Both the position numbers and the translations under genes were made by a program. Shown in pieces: positions 20,036-28,900 of a stretch of 41,432 bases of DNA. Numbering within the stretch: the first letter of the stretch is position 1; each line of letters starts with the position of its first letter. Source of the stretch: an uncultured Mycoplasmatota bacterium (lineage in GTDB: Bacteria; Bacillota_I; Bacilli_A; RF39; UBA660); NCBI GenBank assembly GCA_900551925.1, contig URXR01000001.1, positions 1 to 41,432 on the forward strand, given 5' to 3'. The notes beneath the pieces were generated by a model. It had not been told where the DNA came from. It worked only from the letters and a program-made list of their open reading frames with translations, and ran no database searches.

Positions 20036-20046
20036 CACATTTTATT

Positions 20047-20055
20047 ATGGAGCGA
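20047..20055. repeat. Left copy of the 9-bp direct repeat ATGGAGCGA (attL core; orphan copy of the tRNA-Gly 3' end)
   Basis: Identical to 29291-29299, which covers the last 8 nt (TCGCTCCA, minus strand) of the tRNA-Gly gene plus one base. Confidence 0.7.
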
Positions 20056-20143
20056 TTGATAAGAGGGTTTTAAACCTTTTATCAAAAAAATATCCCTCAC
20101 TCGTTAAATAGATTATAGCACATACATTGAAATAATACACTAA

Positions 20144-21688
20144 TTAATTATGAATTGATAGTGATTCTATAAAATTTGAAGTCACTTTTGCTAAATTTTC
20201 AAAATCATAATCTGAACTAATTGGTGGTATATGAACAAAGATCATTTTAATATCTGAAGAAATTTCCTGAATATATTTCATACCTTCATAGTATATATTA
20301 TTGCATAAATAGTTACCAGCATCATTAGATAACGAAAAAACTATCTTATTTGATGAAAGATATGATGTAAATTTTTTATAAGGAAATTTAGTTGTAATTT
20401 TATTATTATTTTTATTTCCAATCAATTCTATGTAAATATGATCACTATTAGGCTTTTGTCCAAATGCTATAATGTATTTGTAATTATTCTTATTTATTTT
20501 ATTTTTTAGTTCATTTACACTTGTGGAAAAACTATTCGTTAATTCCAGTTTATCAAGATTATTTGCACGAATTTGATGAAGTAGCATAGAAGATGAATTA
20601 TTTTTGCCTTTAAAGGAAGTTATTAAAATATTCGGATATATTCCTCTTAACTTGTTTTCTTTATTTTCAATTTTGATTTGTACTTTACTAGATTCAACTA
20701 TTATTTTATCTAAAAACTTATTCATAATTGAACATGTTGTCCATACATCAAGATTTGAATAAGTTAAAAAGAAATATGTAGAAATATGTACCAAAGATAT
20801 TGAAACATTTTGCATTGGTATAGATAATCCATAATTTGAGGGACCAACTAGTTTTAGCTTTTCTAAGTTTGGTATTACTCCTAATGATTCTTCATTGGCT
20901 TTATGATTACCATGTATATAGGCAGAAGATAGTTTATAATGTCCATATAACTTGTCCATATCAACTCTATCCTTTATTTCTTGAAAGGTAACTCTTTTTT
21001 TATTAAATATATCATTTGCCCAGCCATAATCTCCTTTAACATAGTCTTGTCCATATTTATCAATCATTAAATCATAGTTGTATTTTAAATTTTCAAAAGA
21101 TGCATCAGTATGATTTTGATGTCCTCTTTCTCTTGAAAATTTTTCATCTAAGTATTCCTGAATATGGTAATAATTTAAATATTTTTCACATAATTCTTGA
21201 TTATTTTCATCATATAGTAATTTACCAATTACTGATAATTCATAAAGTGTTCTCCAACGACTAAAAGCTCCATCAGGATAACCATTTTTAATTAATGTTA
21301 AACATTCTCTAGATATTAGTAATGCTCTAGCTTGAATATTTTGTAATGCATTAAACAATAAATTATTATTTTTATAAGCGTCTTCATAAAAAGTTTCAAC
21401 AAAAGAAGATGTACAACTAGTTATTAGTTCTATTAGTGCTTCAAAATAGTCAATTGGCTTTTTCCAAGTTTTATAAAGTCTATTAGTAAAATATCTATTT
21501 TCCTTTCTCACAGATTCTAGTTCTCGTCCTTTATCACTATCAAATCCCTTATAAAGAATATCTGAACCACTTTTAATAGAATGTTGCATTAGCTCAATAA
21601 GATAATCAGGATTTTTCTCAACTTTCTTTTCTATTATATCTTTATTATCTTCTATTAATTTCAATAACGCTTTATGATACTCATTCAT
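20144..21688 (-). CDS. Fusion protein: all-alpha DUF5677-like N-terminal region + pyroglutamyl-peptidase-I (C15)-like C-terminal domain
   Basis: The C-terminal ~165 aa aligns by eye to pyrrolidone-carboxyl peptidase: IIAFGQ...YIELIGN (Glu421), SNDAGNYLCNNIYYEGM (Cys462), MIFVHIPP (His486). The N-terminal region has ARALLISRECLTLIKNGYPDGAFSRWRTLYELSVIGKLL, which resembles DUF5677. RBS AGAGAGG. Starts 18 nt after the HNH gene. Confidence 0.7.
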   Translation of the reverse strand: MNEYHKALLKLIEDNKDIIEKKVEKNPDYLIELMQHSIKSGSDILYKGFDSDKGRELESVRKENRYFTNRLYKTWKKPIDYFEALIELITSCTSSFVETFYEDAYKNNNLLFNALQNIQARALLISRECLTLIKNGYPDGAFSRWRTLYELSVIGKLLYDENNQELCEKYLNYYHIQEYLDEKFSRERGHQNHTDASFENLKYNYDLMIDKYGQDYVKGDYGWANDIFNKKRVTFQEIKDRVDMDKLYGHYKLSSAYIHGNHKANEESLGVIPNLEKLKLVGPSNYGLSIPMQNVSISLVHISTYFFLTYSNLDVWTTCSIMNKFLDKIIVESSKVQIKIENKENKLRGIYPNILITSFKGKNNSSSMLLHQIRANNLDKLELTNSFSTSVNELKNKINKNNYKYIIAFGQKPNSDHIYIELIGNKNNNKITTKFPYKKFTSYLSSNKIVFSLSNDAGNYLCNNIYYEGMKYIQEISSDIKMIFVHIPPISSDYDFENLAKVTSNFIESLSIHN

Positions 21689-21706
21689 AAAATACCTCTC
21701 TTTTGT

Positions 21707-22618
21707 CTATAATTTTATTTTGTTAATTTCTTGAATCATCTTACTATCATAGGTTACTAGCTCGTTTTCATTTTTCAGATATTTTATATTTAGTCCTATA
21801 AAGTTGAATAATTTTTTTTCTGTTTCTCGAATATTTGTAACCGATACATTAAACTTTTTTGCAGTATCTTGAAGTGTATGTGTTTTTATTTGTTTGTTGT
21901 AACCAAATCGATATTTGATTTTTTCAATTTCTGTTTTGTTAAAATTATTATTTAAATATTGAGAAATAAAATTATCTAACTCAAAAGATAGTTTGTAAAC
22001 TATTTTTGCAGTTTCTTCTTGTTGTTTATTTAAATGCAATTTAGAGAAAATGTTTTTAAGAGTTAAATCATTTTCTTTTTCTTTTCTGATATTATTTATA
22101 ACAAAAATTGAAACAATAATATCATAAAGCATTTCCTGAGTTAAATCTATTAATCCGTTTGCTAATTCATTAAAGTCTATAACTAATAATTCAGATTCAA
22201 AATTATTCCCACGCTTTAAATTGCATTCAGGACATAATATCCTAATATTATTTTCATCAGAGCTTCCACCTTTTGACCAAGGAATTATATGATCAAAATG
22301 AATATCTTTATCCAGAACACTTTTAGAACATAATTGACATATATTATTATCTCTTCTACTTACTTTTAATTGAACTTCTCTTGGAATAATTCTTGAAATA
22401 TTTCTGAGCTCTTTTGTTTCAGTAAATGGTTCTGCTACTTTGAATACAGGACAAATGTGTCCAAAGATTCTACATATCTTTTCTTTATTATCTTCTTCTT
22501 GTGGCATATATTCAACCAAAGAACCATAAGGGCAATATTTAATTTCCCAGCAAGGTTTACATACTGCTTTTATTCTTCGATTCCAATCAATATTTTTAGC
22601 CCAATTTTTAACTTCCAT
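21707..22618 (-). CDS. HNH endonuclease with an N-terminal Cys/His cluster and a C-terminal sigma-70 region-4-like HTH
   Basis: CKPCWEIKYCPYG...CRIFGHICPVF cluster. HNH core CQLCSK...HFDHIIPWSKGGSSDENNIRILCPECNLKRGN. C-terminal IKYRFGYNKQIKTHTLQDTAKKFNVSVTNIRETEKKLF resembles sigma-70 region 4. Confidence 0.8.
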   Translation of the reverse strand: MEVKNWAKNIDWNRRIKAVCKPCWEIKYCPYGSLVEYMPQEEDNKEKICRIFGHICPVFKVAEPFTETKELRNISRIIPREVQLKVSRRDNNICQLCSKSVLDKDIHFDHIIPWSKGGSSDENNIRILCPECNLKRGNNFESELLVIDFNELANGLIDLTQEMLYDIIVSIFVINNIRKEKENDLTLKNIFSKLHLNKQQEETAKIVYKLSFELDNFISQYLNNNFNKTEIEKIKYRFGYNKQIKTHTLQDTAKKFNVSVTNIRETEKKLFNFIGLNIKYLKNENELVTYDSKMIQEINKIKL

Positions 22619-22734
22619 AAGTATACCACTTCCTTTTATAATTATATCATACTTTCTTTAGTAATCTAGATAGGTATATAGCAATTTTTCTTTAAATATA
22701 GTACAATTTTATTAGCAAGTATTTTGGAGGTATT

Positions 22735-23406
22735 ATGGAAAATTTATTGAAAGAATTAATTAATAGTGTAAATAATTTAAATAGTTTTTCTTGGAACGAT
22801 TTTATTAATATACTCGCCTTAATAGGATCGTGGATAACAATAGTTTTTCTTCTTATTGAAAGGCGTGAGCATAATAGACCTTATTTACAAATTACATTTG
22901 AATTGGTTCGCTCAAGTTTAGCCTGTATTGTATTAACAAATACAGGAAATGTCCCTTTAACAATTAGAAATCTAAAGTTTGATGAAGAATTTATAAAACA
23001 ACTGCCAGAAACGGAGCAAAAGTTATTAAGAAAGCAAAAAAATGATATTAGAATATTTCCTGGTAAAAAATGGATAATTTGTTTAGGCGTAACAACATCT
23101 GATATCTTAAATAATTTTGAAAAAAAGAATTTAGAGATTTCTTATTCTTATTCAAAAATCAATAAAAATAAAATATATCAAGATAGTAGTAATATTGATT
23201 TTGAACAATATTCTGGGTTTCTAGTATATGTTTCTGAAATTGATGAATTAAAGCAGGTAAATGATAAAATTGAAAAACATACAAAAGAAATAAACAAAGA
23301 AATTAAAAAGGTTAGTGCGTCACTGGTTCAATATCAAAATTTAGAAAGTAAGTTTATAAATAGTATCATAGAACAGCATGATAAAAGTGAAGAAGGAGAG
23401 ATTTAA
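22735..23406 (+). CDS. Hypothetical membrane-anchored protein (N-terminal TM helix, C-terminal coiled-coil)
   Basis: RBS TGGAGG. Hydrophobic segment ILALIGSWITIVFLLI. No recognised family. Confidence 0.55.
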   Translation: MENLLKELINSVNNLNSFSWNDFINILALIGSWITIVFLLIERREHNRPYLQITFELVRSSLACIVLTNTGNVPLTIRNLKFDEEFIKQLPETEQKLLRKQKNDIRIFPGKKWIICLGVTTSDILNNFEKKNLEISYSYSKINKNKIYQDSSNIDFEQYSGFLVYVSEIDELKQVNDKIEKHTKEINKEIKKVSASLVQYQNLESKFINSIIEQHDKSEEGEI

Positions 23407-23408
23407 AA

Positions 23409-23963
23409 ATGAAAAATAATTATTTATTAGTCCATGGAAGTTTTGGAAGTCCATTTTCTAATTGGATTCCGTATCTAAGAAAAGAAATAGAAAATAAAAA
23501 ATTAGAAGTTTACACTCCAGACTTTCCAACAGGAGTTGGTTATCAAAACTATGAAAATTGGTCTAGGTTGTTAAAGACTTATGTTGAAGCAAATATTATA
23601 AATGAAAATACAATTATATTTGCTCATTCAATAGCACCTATCTTTATTTGTAAATTTCTAGTTGAAAATAAGATTAAAGTTAAAAGACTAGTTTTTGTCT
23701 GTGGTTTTAATAATTATCTTGGAATAGATAAAGATTATGATGCAGTTAATGAAAGTATGTATTTTGATAATCTTACAGATGTTAAGAATTGTTGTGATGA
23801 CATTGTATGTTTTTACTCTGATAATGATCCTTATGTAAAATATGAAGCTGAAAAAGATTTTGCTGATGCTATAACTGAAAATCAGATTATGATTTCAGGC
23901 GGTGGTCATCTAAATTCTGAAAGTGGATATACAGAGTTTCCTGAATTATTAAAATATTTATAA
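23409..23963 (+). CDS. RBBP9/YdeN-family alpha/beta serine hydrolase
   Basis: LVHGSFGSPFSNW start, nucleophile elbow FAHSIAP, SDNDPYV (Asp), GGGHLN (His). Starts 2 nt after the upstream stop, with GAAGGAGAG as RBS. Confidence 0.75.
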   Translation: MKNNYLLVHGSFGSPFSNWIPYLRKEIENKKLEVYTPDFPTGVGYQNYENWSRLLKTYVEANIINENTIIFAHSIAPIFICKFLVENKIKVKRLVFVCGFNNYLGIDKDYDAVNESMYFDNLTDVKNCCDDIVCFYSDNDPYVKYEAEKDFADAITENQIMISGGGHLNSESGYTEFPELLKYL

Positions 23964-24040
23964 CTATCACACGCTAATTGATTATGTCAATTTGCAAGTG
24001 TGTTTCTAAATTGTCAGAATTTAGTTTCTAATGGCTACGA

Positions 24041-25276
24041 CTATTTAAAAATATCGTAGTCTTTTTCTATTGATTTAGTTTGATTATCTGTAATGATTTG
24101 GATGTTAGTATCTTTTGTTATATCTTTAATATCTATCAAATCATAAATTTTATTGTCATAACAATCTTTCAATATATCAATTATTTCTTCTTTTTGATTA
24201 TTGTTTTTTGATAACAATAATTCTCTAAAAAATGATTTGAGTTTTTGAAAAATCTCGTATATAAAATTTCTTAAATTACTATATAATTCTTTTAGATTTA
24301 TATAATCTTGTTGCGAGTAATTGTGGTCAATATCTAAATTTTTATACTTGGTTTCTAATTGACTATAGGTAGTAATATACTTAGATATATTATTATAAAG
24401 CGCTTCGTTTCTTATTTGCTTTTTTACATTCTCACTATACATATCAAAATAATCTAACAAGATATTATATTCTTCTCCATCAAGAATTACTTTAGCAGAA
24501 TTAAATTTTCTTTTAGCATTTGATAGTATTCTTTTAATCTCGTTTGATGCTTTTTGAAACTCTTTTTGTTCTCTAAAAGCAACTCTATCAACATACTTAG
24601 TAAAACTTTTGAATTGCTTTGTTTCGATATTTTTAATACCAGTATTCTTTTCACCACGTTCTAATTTAAAACCATTATTAATTAATCTTTCATAATATTT
24701 ATCTTGTAATTTGCTTAAATGTGTTTTGTCTTTAATATATACTCTTTTAGAAATAGAGTATATTTCTTTATTACATCTTTTATCAAACTTTTTAACAAGT
24801 GGAATTACTACTAAATGAATATGAGGTGTTTTTTCATCAAGGTGCAAAGTAGCATGAATAATTTGTTCTTTCTTATAACCTAAATCTTCTATGACAAAAT
24901 TTATACTTTCGGTTGCCCATTTCATCATATCTTCGTGATTCATATTTTTAAAGAACTCTGCATCGCTAGTAAAAATCATTTCATCAGCAACAACACCTTT
25001 AGAATTATTTACAAACTCATAAAATGATTTTTTTCTATCAGATCTGATTATTTTCATTCTATCATTAAATTCTTTTTGATAATCTTTTGTAATTTCATAA
25101 AATTTATTTATATACTTCTTATTACAACGAATTAGTTCAATATTATTTTTAGAATCTTCGATTCTAATATCTGGATTAGATTTATAATAATCTTTTGTTC
25201 GTTGATTATGAGAACCAATTTGTGATAAATCATTTAAAGTTTTAATACCTTTACTTCTAAATATAGCATAACTCAA
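24041..25276 (-). CDS. mob: Plasmid recombination / mobilization relaxase (Pre/MobV family)
   Basis: N-terminus MSYAIFRSKGIKT...GSHNQR and HxH-type motif HATLHLDEKTPHIHLVVIPL. TTG start with AAAGGAGAA upstream. Confidence 0.9.
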   Translation of the reverse strand: MSYAIFRSKGIKTLNDLSQIGSHNQRTKDYYKSNPDIRIEDSKNNIELIRCNKKYINKFYEITKDYQKEFNDRMKIIRSDRKKSFYEFVNNSKGVVADEMIFTSDAEFFKNMNHEDMMKWATESINFVIEDLGYKKEQIIHATLHLDEKTPHIHLVVIPLVKKFDKRCNKEIYSISKRVYIKDKTHLSKLQDKYYERLINNGFKLERGEKNTGIKNIETKQFKSFTKYVDRVAFREQKEFQKASNEIKRILSNAKRKFNSAKVILDGEEYNILLDYFDMYSENVKKQIRNEALYNNISKYITTYSQLETKYKNLDIDHNYSQQDYINLKELYSNLRNFIYEIFQKLKSFFRELLLSKNNNQKEEIIDILKDCYDNKIYDLIDIKDITKDTNIQIITDNQTKSIEKDYDIFK

Positions 25277-25473
25277 CTTTATTCTCCTTTCTTATTTTGT
25301 TTATTTGTTTCTAAAATTCTTTTAATTTGTTTTTGATATTTTTTATCATTCTTTAATATTTCTAATAGAAAATAATTAGTTACTTGTTCAGCATTTCTTT
25401 CAAAATAATCAAGAATTTGTGATAATACTACTTCAAAAAAGTAGTTAATAAAAATCTTCTCCTTCCTTTTTAG

Positions 25474-25500
25474 TCAATAAAAAAGAGCAATTTCTTGCTC
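25474..25500 (-). terminator. Rho-independent terminator after the kinase fusion gene
   Basis: Hairpin gagcaa-tttc-ttgctc (25485-25500), followed on the minus strand by TTTTTTATT. Confidence 0.65.
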
Positions 25501-25513
25501 AATTTATTAATAT

Positions 25514-26980
25514 TTACTTTATTTTATTATTATGTTCTTTAAGATAAACAGCATCAAATTGATTTACATATTGATTAAATTCTTTAAATGATAAACCAGT
25601 AGGTATATTAGGAATTTCAGTTAAGACTCTAATATCATTATGTTCTTCAAAACCACTTGTAATTTTTTTAATTGCATCATTTATACTGCCATATTTATGG
25701 ATTCCTCTTTTAGGTATATTAGAATGTTCAAAATGATACCAATTATCATTATAGTTAAACAATACAAAGCAGTGCATTCTTACTTCTTTATCAAAATTTT
25801 CTTCAGTTTCATAGCCTCTATGACAATAAAGTTTATTTTCTAAACCTATTTTATCAAAAAAGTATTTAATTAATTTTGCTTGTTCTATACAAGTGCCAAG
25901 ACCTGTTTCTAATATTTCTTCAATAGACATTGTTTTATAATTTTCTCTAAAACCTTTTAAATTATTTAAATGTTTTAAACCATATTTATCAACCCAACCA
26001 TATTCAATATTTATATTCATAAAATCCATTAGTTGAGCATCATTTTCTATATTTTCAAAATTTAACTCATCCTTTAGACTTACAATTTTAGCAGCTGATA
26101 TAACATCGTTTTTTAATTCTTTTGAATTTTGATAATTAATAAGCTGTCTTAAATAATAAATCATGTCATAAATAGCTAGTCTTTGTGGTAAAAATTCTAC
26201 ATTTACTAACTCTGGATAATATTTTTCAATATATAATTTGATATTAGTATAATCACTTGAATTTGTGTATTGTTCTGTTTCTTCACTTGCAAATTTCCAA
26301 GGTTTTCTAATCATTCTATATAGAATATCCAACTCAAAATCTTTTGGAGCATACATTGATCTTTCAAAATCTATAATTTTTATTTTTCCATCTTTATAAA
26401 ATATATTATCAAAATGTAAATCATTATGAACCAAAACTAATTCTTCTTTTTTTAAATATTTTGAAAATTTAGAAAAAGCATATTCTATTAATTTTTGCTC
26501 TTGTTCTGTAAAAACATTTAGTGTTTTTGCTTTAGAATATAGTTCCGTAAATTGATTTTGTAAATAATTATTCCAATCAAAATTTTGTCCTTTAGATTTG
26601 TTTGAATGAATACTTTTCATTGCCTCACATAGCTGTTTAATGATATTTTCTCTTTCATAATCAGAAAAAGTATGCCAAACATTATATAAAGAAACTCCAT
26701 CTATTTTTTCAATTATTTCATAACAATAAGCTACATCTTTTTTGCTAATATCAGAAATATATAGTTTTGGGAAAAGATTATTTCCTGTGTTTTCTTTATA
26801 GAAATTAATTTCGTTTTTAAAATTATTTTCATTATCCTCATTAGTACAAATTTTAATAATATATAAATCATTTACTACAAATATAGTATTAGTGAATCCA
26901 ACATTAATTTTTTTTATTTGAGGATTATCGCCAAATAATTGTGAATTTTGCTTTATAATAGTACTGATTGTTTCTTGCAT
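25514..26980 (-). CDS. Fusion protein: APH/choline-kinase-type phosphotransferase + C-terminal transglutaminase-like (papain-fold) domain
   Basis: Kinase catalytic loop LVHNDLHFDNIFY and IIDFERS. C-terminal GLGTCIEQAKLIKYFF (Cys), RMHCFVLFNY (His) and WYHFEHS (acidic) match the transglutaminase-like Cys-His-Asp/Glu pattern. Confidence 0.7.
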   Translation of the reverse strand: MQETISTIIKQNSQLFGDNPQIKKINVGFTNTIFVVNDLYIIKICTNEDNENNFKNEINFYKENTGNNLFPKLYISDISKKDVAYCYEIIEKIDGVSLYNVWHTFSDYERENIIKQLCEAMKSIHSNKSKGQNFDWNNYLQNQFTELYSKAKTLNVFTEQEQKLIEYAFSKFSKYLKKEELVLVHNDLHFDNIFYKDGKIKIIDFERSMYAPKDFELDILYRMIRKPWKFASEETEQYTNSSDYTNIKLYIEKYYPELVNVEFLPQRLAIYDMIYYLRQLINYQNSKELKNDVISAAKIVSLKDELNFENIENDAQLMDFMNINIEYGWVDKYGLKHLNNLKGFRENYKTMSIEEILETGLGTCIEQAKLIKYFFDKIGLENKLYCHRGYETEENFDKEVRMHCFVLFNYNDNWYHFEHSNIPKRGIHKYGSINDAIKKITSGFEEHNDIRVLTEIPNIPTGLSFKEFNQYVNQFDAVYLKEHNNKIK

Positions 26981-27014
26981 TATTACACCTCACTTTAATC
27001 TTATTTTACCATAT

Positions 27015-28748
27015 CTAAGTATTTATTTGAAGCAAAGTATACTTATCTTTATCGAATTTACTTTGCTTTTTATTAGGAATAATTTGTAGAACAGAATTGC
27101 TAGATAAATTATTAATGTCAAGTTTCTCTTTATTAATGGTTATAGAATTTATTTTATAATATTTACTTAGTGATGAAATATATTTATTAATATCTTCTTT
27201 TGTTTTTTCATTAGATAGTATAATATCTTTTTCATTAATATTAACTACCATATCAAAACAATCGTTTCTAAACATATAACCAATGTTTTCAATTTCTTTT
27301 TTATTGATATTAATCTTTTTGATGACGACTTCGTCTTTTACTTTTTCTATTTCAATGGAATCAATATATTTCTTAATTAATTCTGATTTTTGTTCTTTGC
27401 TAAGTTTGTTCCACAGTCCATTTTTTCTGACATAATAAGATTTATACTTTAATTTTTCTAATTGAAATAGATTAGTATAAAGTTTTAGTTCTTCTTTATT
27501 ATTAATATTTATGTTCGCTTGTTTTAAATTATTTAGTTTAATTTCAGTTTCTTCAATCTGCCTTTTAATACTAATTTCTTCATCTTTAAATTCATCTAAT
27601 TCAATAACACTATCAACATAGGCTTTTTTGATTCTTTTTAGCTTGTTATTTAATTCTTTTACTATTTTGTTATATCTTTCTATTTCAACAGTAATATCTT
27701 CGTTAAAAAATGATTTAAAGTTATTATCTATAAGCAAGTAATAATCTAACATATCATTTAAAAATAGCATTAAAGGTTCTTCAATTTTCTTTTCATTAAT
27801 TCTAGTATTACAACAATTACATCTATAGTAGATTTGAGTAGGTTTATTTTTAGGAGTAGTAGAAGAGCCACCCATGATTTTATTACATTTAGAACAAATT
27901 ATCTTTTGCATATATACATAGGTGTGTTTTCTAGTATAGTTTTTTAAATTCTTTTCCTTTTGTTTTTGGACTAGTTTAAAATCCTCTTTATTAATAATAG
28001 CAGGGCATACATCTTCAAGTAATATTGTTTCTTCATCTTTAATTCTTTTTCGGTGTTGATAATCTCCTGCATAAATATAATTAGAAAGCATTCTGTCAAT
28101 TGTTGTTGTTCGCCAATGTCTATTAAGAGCATTTTTATTATTCAATTCTTTTGTAATAGCACAAACTGATAAACCATTAAGATAGGATTTAAATATGTCC
28201 TTTACGACTTCACTTTCAACATCATCAATCACTAATTCTTTATTAACTTTTCTATATCCAATAGGTGCTTTACCACTAAAATGTCCTTTTTTCGCTGCAC
28301 CAGTTAAACCAAATTTTGTTCTTTCACTAGTTCTTTCAATTTCTAATTGGGCAAGTATTGTAGTCATTCTAATAAAGAATTTTCCTGTTGCAGTATCAGT
28401 ATTAATTTCTTCTGATACACTTTCTAAACTGGTATCTGTTTCTTCAATTAATTTACAAATGCTTTCTAAGTCTTGGATAGAACGAGTAAGCCTATCTAGT
28501 TTATAGACAATGATTTTATTTATTTTGCCACTTTTTAAATCGTTAATCATTTCTTGAAACTTAGGTCTATCCATACTTTTAGCAGAAACACCTTCTTCAC
28601 GATAAATCTTATAAATTGTGTAGCCTTTAAAGTCACATAGTTTTTTCATACTTTCTTCTTGCTCATCTAAACTATGTCCATACCTTGATTGATCTTCTGT
28701 CGAAACACGAGGATAAAGTCCAACCATAAAGTTCTTCTTTTCGTTCAT
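27015..28748 (-). CDS. Large serine recombinase (resolvase domain + recombinase domain + zinc ribbon + coiled-coil)
   Basis: YPRVSTEDQS catalytic serine motif, KLDRLTRS, Cys cluster CSKC...CNCC, long Lys/Glu-rich coiled-coil tail. The start at MNEKK (28748) has AAAGGAGAA upstream. The ORF-track TTG extension to 28817 is probably spurious. Confidence 0.92.
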   Translation of the reverse strand: MNEKKNFMVGLYPRVSTEDQSRYGHSLDEQEESMKKLCDFKGYTIYKIYREEGVSAKSMDRPKFQEMINDLKSGKINKIIVYKLDRLTRSIQDLESICKLIEETDTSLESVSEEINTDTATGKFFIRMTTILAQLEIERTSERTKFGLTGAAKKGHFSGKAPIGYRKVNKELVIDDVESEVVKDIFKSYLNGLSVCAITKELNNKNALNRHWRTTTIDRMLSNYIYAGDYQHRKRIKDEETILLEDVCPAIINKEDFKLVQKQKEKNLKNYTRKHTYVYMQKIICSKCNKIMGGSSTTPKNKPTQIYYRCNCCNTRINEKKIEEPLMLFLNDMLDYYLLIDNNFKSFFNEDITVEIERYNKIVKELNNKLKRIKKAYVDSVIELDEFKDEEISIKRQIEETEIKLNNLKQANININNKEELKLYTNLFQLEKLKYKSYYVRKNGLWNKLSKEQKSELIKKYIDSIEIEKVKDEVVIKKININKKEIENIGYMFRNDCFDMVVNINEKDIILSNEKTKEDINKYISSLSKYYKINSITINKEKLDINNLSSNSVLQIIPNKKQSKFDKDKYTLLQINT

Positions 28749-28900
28749 TTTTTCTTCTCCTTTCTTTTTGAACGACAAAAAAACAAGAGAGAATTTCCCT
28801 TGTGTAAAGAACTCCAAAATATTTAAAATATACGGTTATATATAATTTCCGTATATTACCATTTTATCACATTTTTATAGGAACGTAAATGGCAAAAGAG

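Noticed and set aside
25290-25474. A 62-codon open frame on the minus strand, ending exactly at the mob RBS (possible MobC-like accessory gene).
   Set aside because: It has no ATG, GTG or TTG start codon. Only rare ATT codons follow the GGAG-like sequence. It is treated as non-coding (candidate oriT region) unless proteomics or ribosome profiling says otherwise.
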